In this document: one piece after another, positions 8,239-21,200 of the stretch | Layout: each line of letters starts with the position of its first letter | Numbering within the stretch: position 1 is the first letter of the stretch | IMG/VR virus record: IMGVR_UViG_3300018050_000477 | Span: 1 to 35,743 of that record | DNA: 35,743 bases | From: a virus | Taxonomy: Duplodnaviria; Caudoviricetes | Direction: 5' to 3' (one strand) | Made by a program: the position numbers and the translations under genes | The notes under the pieces: generated by a model | The model's database searches: none | What the model was told of the DNA's origin: nothing | What the model saw: the letters and a program-made list of their open reading frames with translations, nothing else

Positions 8239-9273
8239 TTAATCTGTTCCATATATTTCTGTAACTTGTGTTCTAATAGCAATGTTATCGGCACCAGTAG
8301 GTGTTGCTTTAATATTAAATGTTTGTGTTGCTAAAATATAATCACTTGATATTGTAAACAAAGGATTTGCTCCTGTGTAAACAACACCATAAACAGAAGT
8401 ATAAATGATGTTTAAATTTTGATCTATTGTTCCAATTATCTCACATGCTTGTGATTCGTAACCATTAATAAATTTTTCAGCAAATACAAATAATTTAACA
8501 GCTCTTACATAGTTACCGTTAGTAGAATAAATTGTAGTAGCAACTCCAGATGCAACAGTATCTACAAAATTATCGCTAATAAACACCCCGTTTGATGGGA
8601 GTTGTAGTCTACCATCAGTACCTAATGTAACTACTTTAATTCCTGCCGTAAGTGAAGGAGTTTCTCCAATTTCTTGAACGTTTGCACTTAATACACCATC
8701 TGTTATAGTCAACCGTGCACCAACTTTGATACCACCTAAGACAGAGGCCGTTGCAACAGGTAATGCATACGGGCTAATATCACTGCTTAAAACTCCGCTT
8801 GCATTTATAGATAAACCTGCTCCAACTTTTACGCCGCCAAGCACTGTATCTGTTGCTTTTGGTAGCGAATATGCTCCTGGATCTGCACTTAACACACCAT
8901 TTGCATCAATACTAAGTCTGTCGCCAACCTTAATACCACCAAGGATTGTTTGACTAGCTTTAGGTAATTCGTAAATGCTAACACTGGCCACACCGTCTTC
9001 GGTAATTGTGATGCCAGTTCCGGCTTTAATTCCACCAATCTCGCTAGATGTAGCAACTTTGTTTGTAATTAGTACATCGCCTGTACCTGCACTAATAGCT
9101 ATGCCGTCGCCAGCGAGTATTTTTGAAACTATACTTAACGGGGCTCCAGACTCTCCTCCAAGAGCATTGTATAATTCTGTAAAATTATCATTTATCTTTC
9201 CGCCGGCAACCCTTAACGAATCGCCTGTGTCGTCGTTTGCAGTAGTGCCAACGTTAATTACCTTTTTTGCCAT
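8239..9273 (-). CDS. Baseplate-fibre connector with a T4 gp9/gp10-like N-terminus and ~34-aa repeats
   Basis: N-terminus MAKKVINVGTTANDDTGDSLRVAGGKINDNFTELY matches the gp9/gp10 N-terminal motif. It carries four LP.A....LGGIKVG..L.I...GVLS-type repeats. Confidence 0.75.
   Translation of the reverse strand: MAKKVINVGTTANDDTGDSLRVAGGKINDNFTELYNALGGESGAPLSIVSKILAGDGIAISAGTGDVLITNKVATSSEIGGIKAGTGITITEDGVASVSIYELPKASQTILGGIKVGDRLSIDANGVLSADPGAYSLPKATDTVLGGVKVGAGLSINASGVLSSDISPYALPVATASVLGGIKVGARLTITDGVLSANVQEIGETPSLTAGIKVVTLGTDGRLQLPSNGVFISDNFVDTVASGVATTIYSTNGNYVRAVKLFVFAEKFINGYESQACEIIGTIDQNLNIIYTSVYGVVYTGANPLFTISSDYILATQTFNIKATPTGADNIAIRTQVTEIYGTD
8680..9060 (-). repeat. Four degenerate tandem coding repeats (~100 nt / ~34 aa period); bounds approximate
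   Basis: VATSSEIGGIKAGTGITITEDGVASV; YELPKASQTILGGIKVGDRLSIDANGVLSA; YSLPKATDTVLGGVKVGAGLSINASGVLSS; YALPVATASVLGGIKVGARLTITDGVLSA. Confidence 0.85.
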
Positions 9274-9276
9274 GTT

Positions 9277-12200
9277 TTATCCTTGGTCGAATGTTATCGA
9301 TGTGTTGTCAAATGTGCCGTCTGCGCTGTCAAAAGATGACGGTAATCCAGCTTTATTCTCATATTTACCTATATTTGAGTACCAAATTCCTGGGACTGCA
9401 CGTAAGAATCTAGCAATCTTGCTGTCATCATCTAATATATTAGGCGGAATAGTTCCATCAGGAAGCGGTTTGCCGTCCCAGTTTGTACCAGTTCGTCTGA
9501 TAACAGTAACTCTAGTTCCAAATTCTAATTTGTTTGTCAATCTCAACTGTTTGCTTTCAGCATCTACAGAAAACTCTGCATCTAACTGAATGTCGCCTTC
9601 TGGACTATAAGGTGCTTCATTGATGTTATGAACATGATATGGTTTTTTCTTTAAACGAATATTACCAACAAAGAACGACCATTTATCTTTATCTGTAAAA
9701 AATTCAGTACTGCTGGTATGTTCAGTCAAACATCTATATGTATAACTTCCAACTTCCACTATATCATCAACAGTATATTCTTTGTTAGAAACCCAAGGCA
9801 TACTTGAGTAACCACCGACAAACACTTCGATATCATCTGCCTGACCATATCCCGTTGGGATAGTAGAAATATACCCAGTGTCATATGTCCAACTACTTGA
9901 CTGTTCTACTCCCGTGTTAGGATCCATTGGAGTGAAAGACAACGGAACTATATTAGTTCCATCAGACTTAACTTGCTCAATTAATGTACTCTCAGTGTAA
10001 GGAATGGTTTCGCTTGGTCCAAGATCTTGAACATAGCTGCCGGCACGGTGTACTTTTGAAACACCGGTACCAAGTGTTCCTCTGCGTAATTGCCCTAACA
10101 CATATGTTGTTACTGAACCTACTGTTTTTGTTGTTAGAGTAAAGAATTCAATGCGTTCGCCTCTAATTTCAATAATACCTGGTTTGTTATTAGCAACACT
10201 AGGTCTGTCAAAATTACTTGCATCTTCAACTTCAATTGAATTGTCTGTGTAAAGTAAATTGTTTACTAAACGAGTTTGTTTATTAGCATTTAAACGTTTA
10301 TAGTGAACACGATTCAGCATATCTTTAAATTGCATATAAGAAATGCCTGAAGTTAATACTTGACTACCGTAAGTAATAACTGTGAAAATATCTGCAACAT
10401 CAGGATAGAATGCTAACTTAATACTTTGTTTGTCTTCATTTAATCTAAAATCTGCACTAGGTGTTAACAATATTCCATTTTTAATTACCCATACATAATT
10501 TTCATCAATAACTGTTCTATCCAACTGAATTATTCCACCAGCAACTTCTTTATAGTTGTAGAAGCTTGGTGTATCTGGTGTTAAAACCAATGTGGATGTT
10601 ACGTTTACTTCTGTTCTTTGAATATCTAAGATGTCGTGTTTATAAGAACTTAGTACCTCAATCAAATCAGTTGTTTGATATGCTTCATTAAAAATAATTT
10701 TTGCAGGCTGAATTCCGCTAGGAGGAACATATTCATAATCTTGTGTTTGTTTAACACTTATAATTAATTCTTGATTTAAATACTTTCTTCTAATATTTTG
10801 AGTTATCTTAACATTGATTCCAGATAAATCAACAACATAATCAATTCCTGAAACTAGTAAATCTCCACCTGCGTAAACATAGATATCACCAATTGCTAAC
10901 GAATATGGAACATATTTTGTAGGATCAATTGCGTAGTTAACTCTGTTACCTAGAATATCAAAATAGCTATTATTAGGACCTTGAAGGAACTTATTGTTTA
11001 CTCTAACCAACATATTAGATTCTGCAGGCAATGTATCTCCAACAATATTTTCAAGATTATATGTTGTAGATCCGTTACCCTGGAAACGTTCTGTTTTTGT
11101 AACTGAATATGTTTGTTGAGAACCTTCTACAATTACAAAGTTTATTAAATCTCCTGCGGCAGGAGCAGTTGAAAACACCATACCAATTCTGTTGTTGCTT
11201 TCGTAACTTGAGTCTGTCTTGAATAATGCAGGAGTTCCAAACAATGGCTCTACACCATTTACATATACTAGGTATGTTGTGGGGCTATTGGTCCAAGATG
11301 CTTTAGTAATAAATTCTTTTGTTGTCCCATCACCAATAAAATAATCTAAATCTAAAATGTTTGAACCATTAAATCCAAAACTAAAAATTGAAACTAGCTG
11401 GCCTTCTGGCGGAGCTGACAAGAATTTAACTTGCCTGTTTTGGTAATCAATAGTATAGTCTGTGTTTAATGTTTTTATTGTAGATGAAGAAGACAATACT
11501 CCAGATATTTGATCCCTAACGCCTGTTGTAAATTTAACAATAACTGCTGTTTTTGTATTTGGCTGTTGTGTTATTAAAAAATCTGTTGTAACACCGTCGG
11601 CAATGTAACTATCTACTTTAATGTTAGCAGACCCTTGGTTTGGTCTATCATATACTTTAATTGCAACAGTATCAACCACTTGCCCTGGAACTACTTCTTC
11701 CGTAGCTGGGCTAGTTGTTGGGGTAACAAATCCGTCACCGTCAACAATAATATCATCTGCGGCAATACCAGTAGCAGAACTATAAGCTAAATCTCCGCCG
11801 CTGATAGCAGTATCATAGTCTTGATCTTGTGGTATAACAGAGCCGTCACTTGAAGCTTTTCTCCAAATAAATTGGTCGCCGTCGTATACATCAAAGCTGC
11901 TTGGAATACTAAAAGTATCTTCTACGCCGTCAGCAATAATAGTTTGCATTATAGAAGTTGTATTTGCCAATGGAGTAAGTGTGCTTATGTAGTTTGACTG
12001 AGCTGTTATGTCCTGTAATTTTTCAACTTTAGCTGTTTCGTTAGCATCAATATCAGTATTAATTAATGCCAATGAGGCTTCTTCCGTAGAAATTGTACTT
12101 TGTATTGCAGGAATAGTTGTATAAACTAAAATGTTTATATCACTTACTGTTGGTGCATACAATGGATCTGATGGAGTTAAACCGTCTAAGACTACCAGTA

Positions 12201-15200
12201 ATGCATTTAGTTCTGACTGTTTATCCTGTAAATCGTTATTGGCTATTGCTAAAGTTGATTCAGTCGCTGCCTTAGAATTAATCAAAGAATAATACTCGTC
12301 AACTAACAAATTATATTCAATTTGTAAACTATTAAGCTCGTCTCGTGCTGTTCCTGTAATAGTATAATTAGGATCGTCTAATCTAATTGGATTAGTATAT
12401 GCTGAAATTGAAATTTCAGCACCTACTGGAATAGGTTCAACTAAAAATACTGTTCCGTTAGGATTAATTGTACAATCAATTGGATCTACAAGTGTTCTTG
12501 TAAAAATTGCACTAGTTCCAGCTGCAATTGATTTGAAAAGAATTTGATTTAACTTAATTTGCGTAGAATTAATTATATTAACAATCTTGGTTTCAAACCC
12601 TAAAGTCTTGGCAACATCAGGAATAATACTTAAAATATCGCCAACTCTGAGGCCGGCTGTACTAGCAACTGTAACTATGTCACTACCTGCCACGTTTGTT
12701 ATTGAGGCGGAAATTGTAGTGGTAATAGAAACAGTAACGGTTGGTGGGTAGATGTCATTTATATTAAAATTATAAATGGTTGAGAATCCGTCGCCAATAT
12801 ACGAATCAACATTCTTACCAACGTAATATACGTTTAATTCTGTTCCGTCTTCTGGAACATAAGGTAATGTAAATGTATGTGTTCCTGCCGATACAGATAC
12901 AATATGGTCATCATATGTCTCATCAAAACTTGCCCACTTGTCTGTATAATAAGGAACACTGCCCCAGCCCGAGCTGATATCAAAATTCAGGCCGTGTACA
13001 CTTACACCACCGTAGTCGACACCTGTCATTAGTTGACTTAAATCTTTTCCTAATTCACCAACGGATGGATCATAGTAAAATTGAATTCTATCTGCGGCTG
13101 TTAGCAGTTGCAAATCTTTTGTATAATTGACTGTAATTACAGAACCTTCTGCTGGTGGATTTTTAAATGTAATTGAGCCGTAATAACTTGTAAATCCTTT
13201 TGATGTCGAAGTTACTACAGATAGTTTATAATTTTCTTTAAGAACCTCAACATCATTGATTAAAACAGTTGGGCGACTTAATTGTATATTTTGTACAAAT
13301 GTATTGGCAACATCAGGAGCCCATGTTAAACTAAACTGAATTCTAGAACCGTCAACTAACGATCCTTGGATAGTTTCAGTCTCTTGTAGCTTTGACATTA
13401 GATATTTTTGAGATAATCTATCAAATTTTAATTTGATTAAATTGCTTCTAACAACACCATTGCCTAATATAGCTATAACCTTTGCCGGTGTGCCACCGTC
13501 AACTAATCCTCCAGATAATACAATTTCAGGAGCTGTTAAATATTTTTCTCCTTTAGTTAATAATATTACCCTGTTGATTCTTCCGTTACTAAACAATGCT
13601 CTAGCTGTTGCTCCAGTACCAGTATTGCTAACAATATTAACTGTTGGTTCAGCCCTGTATCCAGAGCCTCCGTCAACAATAACTAAAGAAATAATTGAAA
13701 ATCCTAAATTATCGTACCAATGCTTCCAAGGATATGATATCACAGAATTATTATCTGCTTGAACTAGGCCACCAACTACATTTGTAGTAATTGAAGATAG
13801 TGCTCCGTTTTCATAAACAGGAGGTAAATCAAAGTCTGTAGTTGATATTTGACTCGAATCTAATTTGTCATAAGAGCTGACATACTCTCTAATTTTAGTT
13901 CTGTAAGGTTTTACCTCGTTAACAAAATCTTCAAAATTTTCTAAGTTATCACTATTATATGTAACTTTTTCTTTAAGCTCCCCAACTTTATGTTGTGCTT
14001 TGACAAAACTAGTTTTAAAAATCCAATCAACATAACTTTGTTCACTGAATACATATCTAACGCTGTTAAAGAAAAGATTCAAATAAACATATTTTAAATC
14101 ATCAATTAAAATTTTATCTTTTAAAGAATTTAAAATAATAGTCAGTTCAATCGATACAGAGTTGTCAAATATTGAAGAATCGTATAACGAACCGTCAAAG
14201 CCGTAGAGTGTATTTTCAAATTTAAACAATGTTGATAAAAACTGTATTGTGCCTTTTTCTTTGGCTATAATTTTATAACTTTGAGTCCAATCAACGCTGG
14301 AAGAATTAGAATATTTTTCTAATAAAACCCAAGTGCCTGCACTACTTGTTTTTACTTTTACAGTTTGACCAACTGAAGAATTTAAAGAGATAAGATCCGT
14401 AAACGTTGCTATAGTGTGGTCAATAGCTGTAAACTCACTGTATCCTGTTGCGTACCAATCTACAGTATTCCAATACTTTCTAACATCATAACTTTGTGTT
14501 TGTACTCTACTCCATACTAAAGTAGTTGGTTCATAAGAATATATGCTCCAAGCACCGTTAGCAGCACTATCACTACGAACTAAAACACTATAATTTCTTA
14601 GAATAACCAATGTATCAGATGTGTATCCTTCACCAGAAGAAATAACATCGTAACCAACAATTTGTCCTTTGGTGTCAATCTTTGCTTTAACTTTAGCTCC
14701 TTGGCCCGATCCTGTTATAGTAAAATAAGGAGAAACAGAGTAACCTTTACCTTTTGCTTTGATATCAATTCCAACAATTCTTCCGTTTTCTATTATTGCA
14801 GAAAACGATGGCTTTTCATAAGTTCCAATATTAGCAAATCTTAACTCAGCGTCACTATCTAATATAGAATCATATAGACCTGTTAACTGTCCTGGTTCTT
14901 TTTCGTACGAATTTAAATCAGATACATCTCTATTTTCAATTATTAAATTTTTAAATAATTCGTTGTTGAGGTATTCTATAAACTGTTTTAATGCTTCAAA
15001 ACGATTTATAAACATACTCTGTCTAGGTCTATTTTCGATACCGTATCTAAGTTTTTCTGGAAGTGTAGTATCTGGCACTAGACGACCTTTGCTATCTTTT
15101 CCGCTTAGGCTATCAAACCACTTTTGTTCAATTGCTTGTGGAATAACAGTACTAGATTCGTTGTTAATAATCTTCCATTGGCTATGAATATTCCTATATG

Positions 15201-18200
15201 AATTCTTTGTTAACCAATATTCAACACTTAGAACTACATCCTTATCTTGAAGCAATGATTTTACATTTACTAAACTAAAACTATTTGATCCGGTTAGTGC
15301 AATATATCTGTAGTCTGAACCTCTTGGATTTTCTATCAAAGAAGCAACTGCACTTGCAGAAAGTTTTCTGTTAGCAACAGCAGGAATAGTCTTTTTTCCT
15401 TTGACCCAATAATAATACGTATTTCTAAAAGATTTAGAAATAGTGTCATACTTCTTGATTACTGAGTATACATTGTTAGAGTATAAAGGAGTTCCGCTAA
15501 TTCCTGCTACTAATCCTTCTTCTGTATCTGCTATTTCATTCCATTGAGTTGGCGTTAACCTAGACTCTACCCACTCATACACATCAATACTAGCAAACGG
15601 AAAAATTGTATTCCAGGTACTATTTCGATATATTAAATCGGTATCATTACTATCGATAAATTTAGCAGTTCTTAAATCCCACCACAACGCACCAACATAA
15701 GACTTTGTCCATGCCATTCCGTCGTCAACGTTAACTTCGTCTGTTCCGATGCTATAAGTTGCAGGATCATAAAAAGTTTTAAATCTTATTTCTGAATCAG
15801 CGATGCCTGGTATTTTTCCTTGACTTGGATCAATCACATCAAGATAAGATACCATCTTGTTTGTTCTTTTATTGTACAAGAATGCTCGTTTAATTTGCGA
15901 CAAATCAACTCTATCATTCTCTCTGTGTTGTAGTTGCCAGCTAAGGTGTCCAGAAACTTTTCGATATTCAAATACTTTACCTGATCTGAGACCTTGGTCA
16001 ATTGCATTGTCTATGCCTATAATTACTTGGTTTGATCCAACAGCAAAACCAGAACTGTAACCTGCTACATCTGTTTGTAAATTTTCAAACTTTTCACCAT
16101 AGACCCATTTTGAATAATATCTATCGTATACGTCAACTCTTCCGTTATTTTCAATAACATCAAAAACTGTAGTTAAACCGTTATCAAACGTAGTCAATCC
16201 GTCGTCAAATTTTGTTCTAATAATAGTATCTGAACCTTTACTGAATATAATCAAAGACTCGTAATCATTCATGAACGATATTTTTGATCCAAAAAATTCT
16301 GCGATTTCTGGTCGATTACTTAGAATTGTTTGATACAACGAATAGTTGCCATCTTCTAATTTATAAACACTCACACTTCCTTGATCAATCTTGTCACCAT
16401 CATAATTTACAGATGATATAGCAATGTAAGTACCGTCATCAGAAGAAGTAGTACTTGATCCAAATTCTCGAGCTTGTCCTATTATTGTTTGTGTTAAATT
16501 ATAATCAATCTTATCAGTTGTTTTATAAACAAATACTTTACTATAAGGTGTTTCTTTCAAAGAAGTTACTAACAACGTAGAACTATCTTTACTAATAGAT
16601 AGAATTGCACCAAAACTACTTCCAACAACTGTTGGTGAATCAATATAATGTTCAACATCATATCTCCAACCTGTAGTAACAAATTCTATAACTCCAAATG
16701 GATCAATGTCAGGCGGTGAGCTGATTACAATTGAACTCGTAGCTTGATTGACTGACGATACATACTGATTACTAAAACCAGTACCTTTTAAATACATTCC
16801 TTCTTTAATTCCCGATGTACTAGTCAACACCACTGTTGTGCCTGAGCTACCTACCGGATTATATGTTGTAGTAACTTCGGTTACAGTCTTGTATGTTAAT
16901 CTGTAGACCTTACCCTGATCATTGTTGTAGCCATTAGCTCCAACAAATAATATGTCATCGCCAAAAGTTAAACTTGATCCAAACAACTCGTAAGCAGTTG
17001 GTGCTGGGCTTAGTACTGTTGCAACTAAGGTAAAGATATTATTTGAATCTTTTTCGTATAAAGAAATAACACCTTGTCTTGTAAGTGTTGAATTACTTCC
17101 TGTACTATCAACTGAGATATAAGGAATTTCTTTCCAGTAATCTCTTGCATTGCCTGTACAAGATACTGTTGCTATTGGTCCGGTAGCTCCGCCGCCTACA
17201 ACAGACACAACTTTTATTATTAGGTTGTTTTCGGGAGATGCGCCGCCTAATGAAGATCCAAAAATTCGTATACTATCACCAACTGCAAATGCTGTTCCGC
17301 CAGAGACAACTGTAACAAAATAGTTTGAACTTACTACATTAACATGAAATGTTGCACCAACTCCGGCACCGGTCAATACTGTTCCAGACAAACTTGTATA
17401 TGTTCTACTGTTAACTTCTGGATTATTATTTGTGTTTGTTACCAAAGACTCGTAATGCTTTGAATTTCTTAAAACTATATCACCCACAGAATAAGATGTA
17501 GATGAGTTCCAAACTCCTTTATATAAGCTACAAACTTCTGTAGCAAACGGTGTACCAAGTGCTAACCATCTGCTATCTTTAGACAATGCCATTATGTCGC
17601 CGGTGTACGAGTCAGGCGAATTAGAAAAACCAAAACCAGTCTCTTTAGTTATAAAAGGTGGTGTAATAATTTGACGCTGTACCCAAGGAGAATTAATTCC
17701 AGCTTTATCTAAAACTATTGCCTCGCCGTTTCCTGTAGAAATCAAAGAAATATTTCCTAAAGAATTTAACAGAACTTGGCGGCCGTATCTCAAACCTTCT
17801 TGCGGAGCAGAGTTAACAATTTCGTTTTGACTGTAAACATCCGAGTGTTTCCACACTCCCCACTTACCGTTACCTGAATCATCTGTCCATACTAATTCAT
17901 TTTCAATTAGAGGTACATCAACAACATTGTCGATTTGATCAATCGAATCAACTCTATTAGACCTTAAGTAAGCTGCAACGACACGTTGCTGATCCGCAAA
18001 AGGCTTAGGTTGCTCATCTTTAGTTGCAGATAATGTAACTACTCGGCCGTCAACTGATAATATTTGATAAAATCCGTTATACTGAGAAGTTTGGTCAATA
18101 CTTAAATAATTTCCTATAGTTGGACTTACAATATTTTCAAAAGTAACTGTAATTTTTCCTATAGTGTAAGTTATATCAACTATACTATTGTTAAGTCTTG

Positions 18201-21200
18201 AATATCTATAAACGTTCCATTGTCTGTTTTCAAATCCAGCCCATATATAGTCACCTTCTTTGAAAGTTGTGACATCCTGATTAATGATATCGTTTATAGT
18301 TTTTAAAACTACTTTAACGTCACTAGATCTGACATAGCCTGGTGTTCGAAGATATCTATCGTTATTTTCTATTAAAGGCCATGGATTATTGTTATACCCT
18401 ATAGGTTTTACATATATGTCGTTTGGTGTTTGACGAACTACAAAATCAACTACACTAGTATCTATTTGATTTACAAGTTCAAACCCCTGGGGATTATTTT
18501 TAACTAATTCTTCGTCTACTACAAATTCAATATTTTCAAAACTATTGCTGGCACCGTACTGTCCAGTCCTAATAGCCCACTCTTCATAGAATGTTATGCT
18601 TTCCTGGCCTTCGGCGCTGAGAACATCAAATAACTTATTAAGAACATTTTGTGTACCTTTCTCAATAATCATACCTTGATAAAACTTAAATTCGCTAACA
18701 TCGTCTTTGATAATGTTATTAAGGTATTGTCTCTTTTGATAGCCAATTAAGTGTTGTGCCATTGTCTGCTGGTCACTGTCAAAGTTATCACTATCGAGAT
18801 TATAAAAATCTTGGAATTGGGTTGCTTTATAAGTCCAGTTTGGAAGTAACTGCGGTGTAGGCTTACTATCGAGTTTCATCCAGTCGTTTTGAACAAACGT
18901 TTCTTTTCCAGGAGTTGAAGACTTTGCAGTATAATAGAACTGTTTATATTTGACAATATCGCCCAACGCATAATCTTGCCATGCTTGCCAGTCTTTTATT
19001 AGTGCTTGGTCAAATATAAAACCTGGAACATTGAAGTCGCCTTTCCATTCGCTACTAACATATCCAGAAACTTTAATACGTTCCTGTCTGTAACCGCTAG
19101 CCGGATTATAGATAGTATCATTAAACAATGTAGAATTTTTTAACAATACAATTTGTTCTTTCTGTACAAGATAGAATGTAGCTCCGTATATACCATCGGT
19201 TACTGGTGTGTAGCTGACTGCATTTTCATCTCTGTAATTATTAAGAAACTGCGGTTGTATAGGAGTACCGTCAACTTTAAATATTTCGTATTTGTTAAAC
19301 TGATTCCTTACATCGTCTACTACAGATTTATCAGCAGAGAATGTTAGATTCATAGCCGCAGGGCTTAAACTAATAACACTACTTCCTATAGAACTCAACC
19401 CATCTAGTTTAACATATTGATCGTAATCAAATATACTAGAAGGATCAATGTTGTTAATTGCCCTGTAATAGTCTCCGTTGTATCGAACAATTTGTCCTAA
19501 CATTACAGGTTGTTCCTGCTGCCAATTAGACCACTTGTCCTGGCCAGTACTCCAGTTTTGAGTTGTCCAGAACATAAACTCTTTGGCGCTGGTTTCCCAA
19601 TTTGTAATTGTGCCTAACTGATTATTAAAGTTATCAAAAATGAATCCTTGATCTTTTAAGTACTCCCCGTACCCTAACAAGAAATCTACAACATCCTGAA
19701 TAGTCCTAAGTTTTGTACCGTAAGGAAGAACTATTGCATCTGTCCTATCCCATCCTTGTCGAATATAAGCATTTCGGCCGCCAACTATTGGAAGAGATGG
19801 CAGTAATGTATAATAATTAGGATTGAATGTTGTTGTAGTGGTATGTAAAGTTTTTACTCTATAGTACCTGCTCGAGTAAGCAACAACTTTTCCAGCAACA
19901 TATTGATTTTCTGGTGTCCATGTTGTAAAACTCTCAGAAACTCCGCCAACATTAATTTCTATTCCAGATTTAGTCCAGTTATAATATCTAAAATAAGGTT
20001 GTGTTTTGCTGTATCCTTTGATACTATAGCCATCTTCTAACTTTGTAATAATTACACCGCTATAGATAATTTTTTTAACTGGGCTTGAGGTATTGAGAAT
20101 TATTTCGTAATCTTCTGTTGGTATAAAAACACTTCCCGCAGTCAACGGTGTTTTACTATCTAATAGTAATTTAAATTTTTCTTTACTTGTAAAGCCACCT
20201 ATTCTATGAGAAATCCTTACTTGAATATTTTGTAAGTCATAAAGATACTGTTCATATGATTTTAATCTATCACTTTGAATATAATCAACTAGGTAGTTTA
20301 TAATTCCACTAGTTCTAACATGAGTCTTAGAAGAAAAAACACTTGGTAGTAGAATATCTTTTGGTCTAATTCGTTTTTGAGTGTCTTTATATACTATTTG
20401 TCCGGCAATATTTCTAATGACCCTAGATCTATCTAATAATAATCCAAACGATCTTGCAGGATGCGTTAAAATTAAAGTAATTAGAATTGCAAACGGATAA
20501 TGACTACTTCTACGCCAAGAATTTTCTACTGGGCTAACATCACCAAACACAAAATCACCGGCAGTAGAGTTAGTAATAATACCCGATGCTAATCCAGATT
20601 CCACTGGGCTAATTAACTCGCCGGAACTATTCACTGGTATGTTATCTTTTAAATAACTTCTTACATACTTTTTATTTTGAACAGGTGGCTTGTTTGGTTC
20701 TCTTATAATGCCGTTTGATAAATCGTCCCATAGTACTAAGTTATCACTGGTATATGGGGCAGGGCCGTAAACTGTTTGCCACCATCTAGGTTCTTCACTA
20801 AATCCTAACATTTCCCAAGGACATAAATGAGGACGATCCGTTTCAAGCATCCAACGATGAATACCTTTCCAGTATCCTGGTAAAGGTGTACGGCCGTCTG
20901 GAGTTGCCATCTCTCTATAGTTAAATGTTCGAGGATCTTGATTATTATAACTTAATGGTTTTGTAAAATCTCTGTCAATTAAATTTGCCCATGAATAAAA
21001 ATTAGACGAAAGAACTTCGTCAAATTCTTTTAAAGAGTATGAGCTAGTTCTGTTGTATACCGGAATGAAATCGCTGGCATCAAAAATCAGCGGATCATAC
21101 TCTACCTTAATATTATTGTAAATTCGTTTTTCTAATTCAAGAATTAACTGATCTCTGTAATCGCCATAAGCCAATACAATACTGCCATCGTGACCTTGAA

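Noticed and set aside
8975-9589. 204-aa plus-strand ORF, and the other short ORFs overlapping the structural genes (1016-33146, almost all plus strand)
   Set aside because: These are shadows of well-supported genes, with no recognisable motifs or expression signals.
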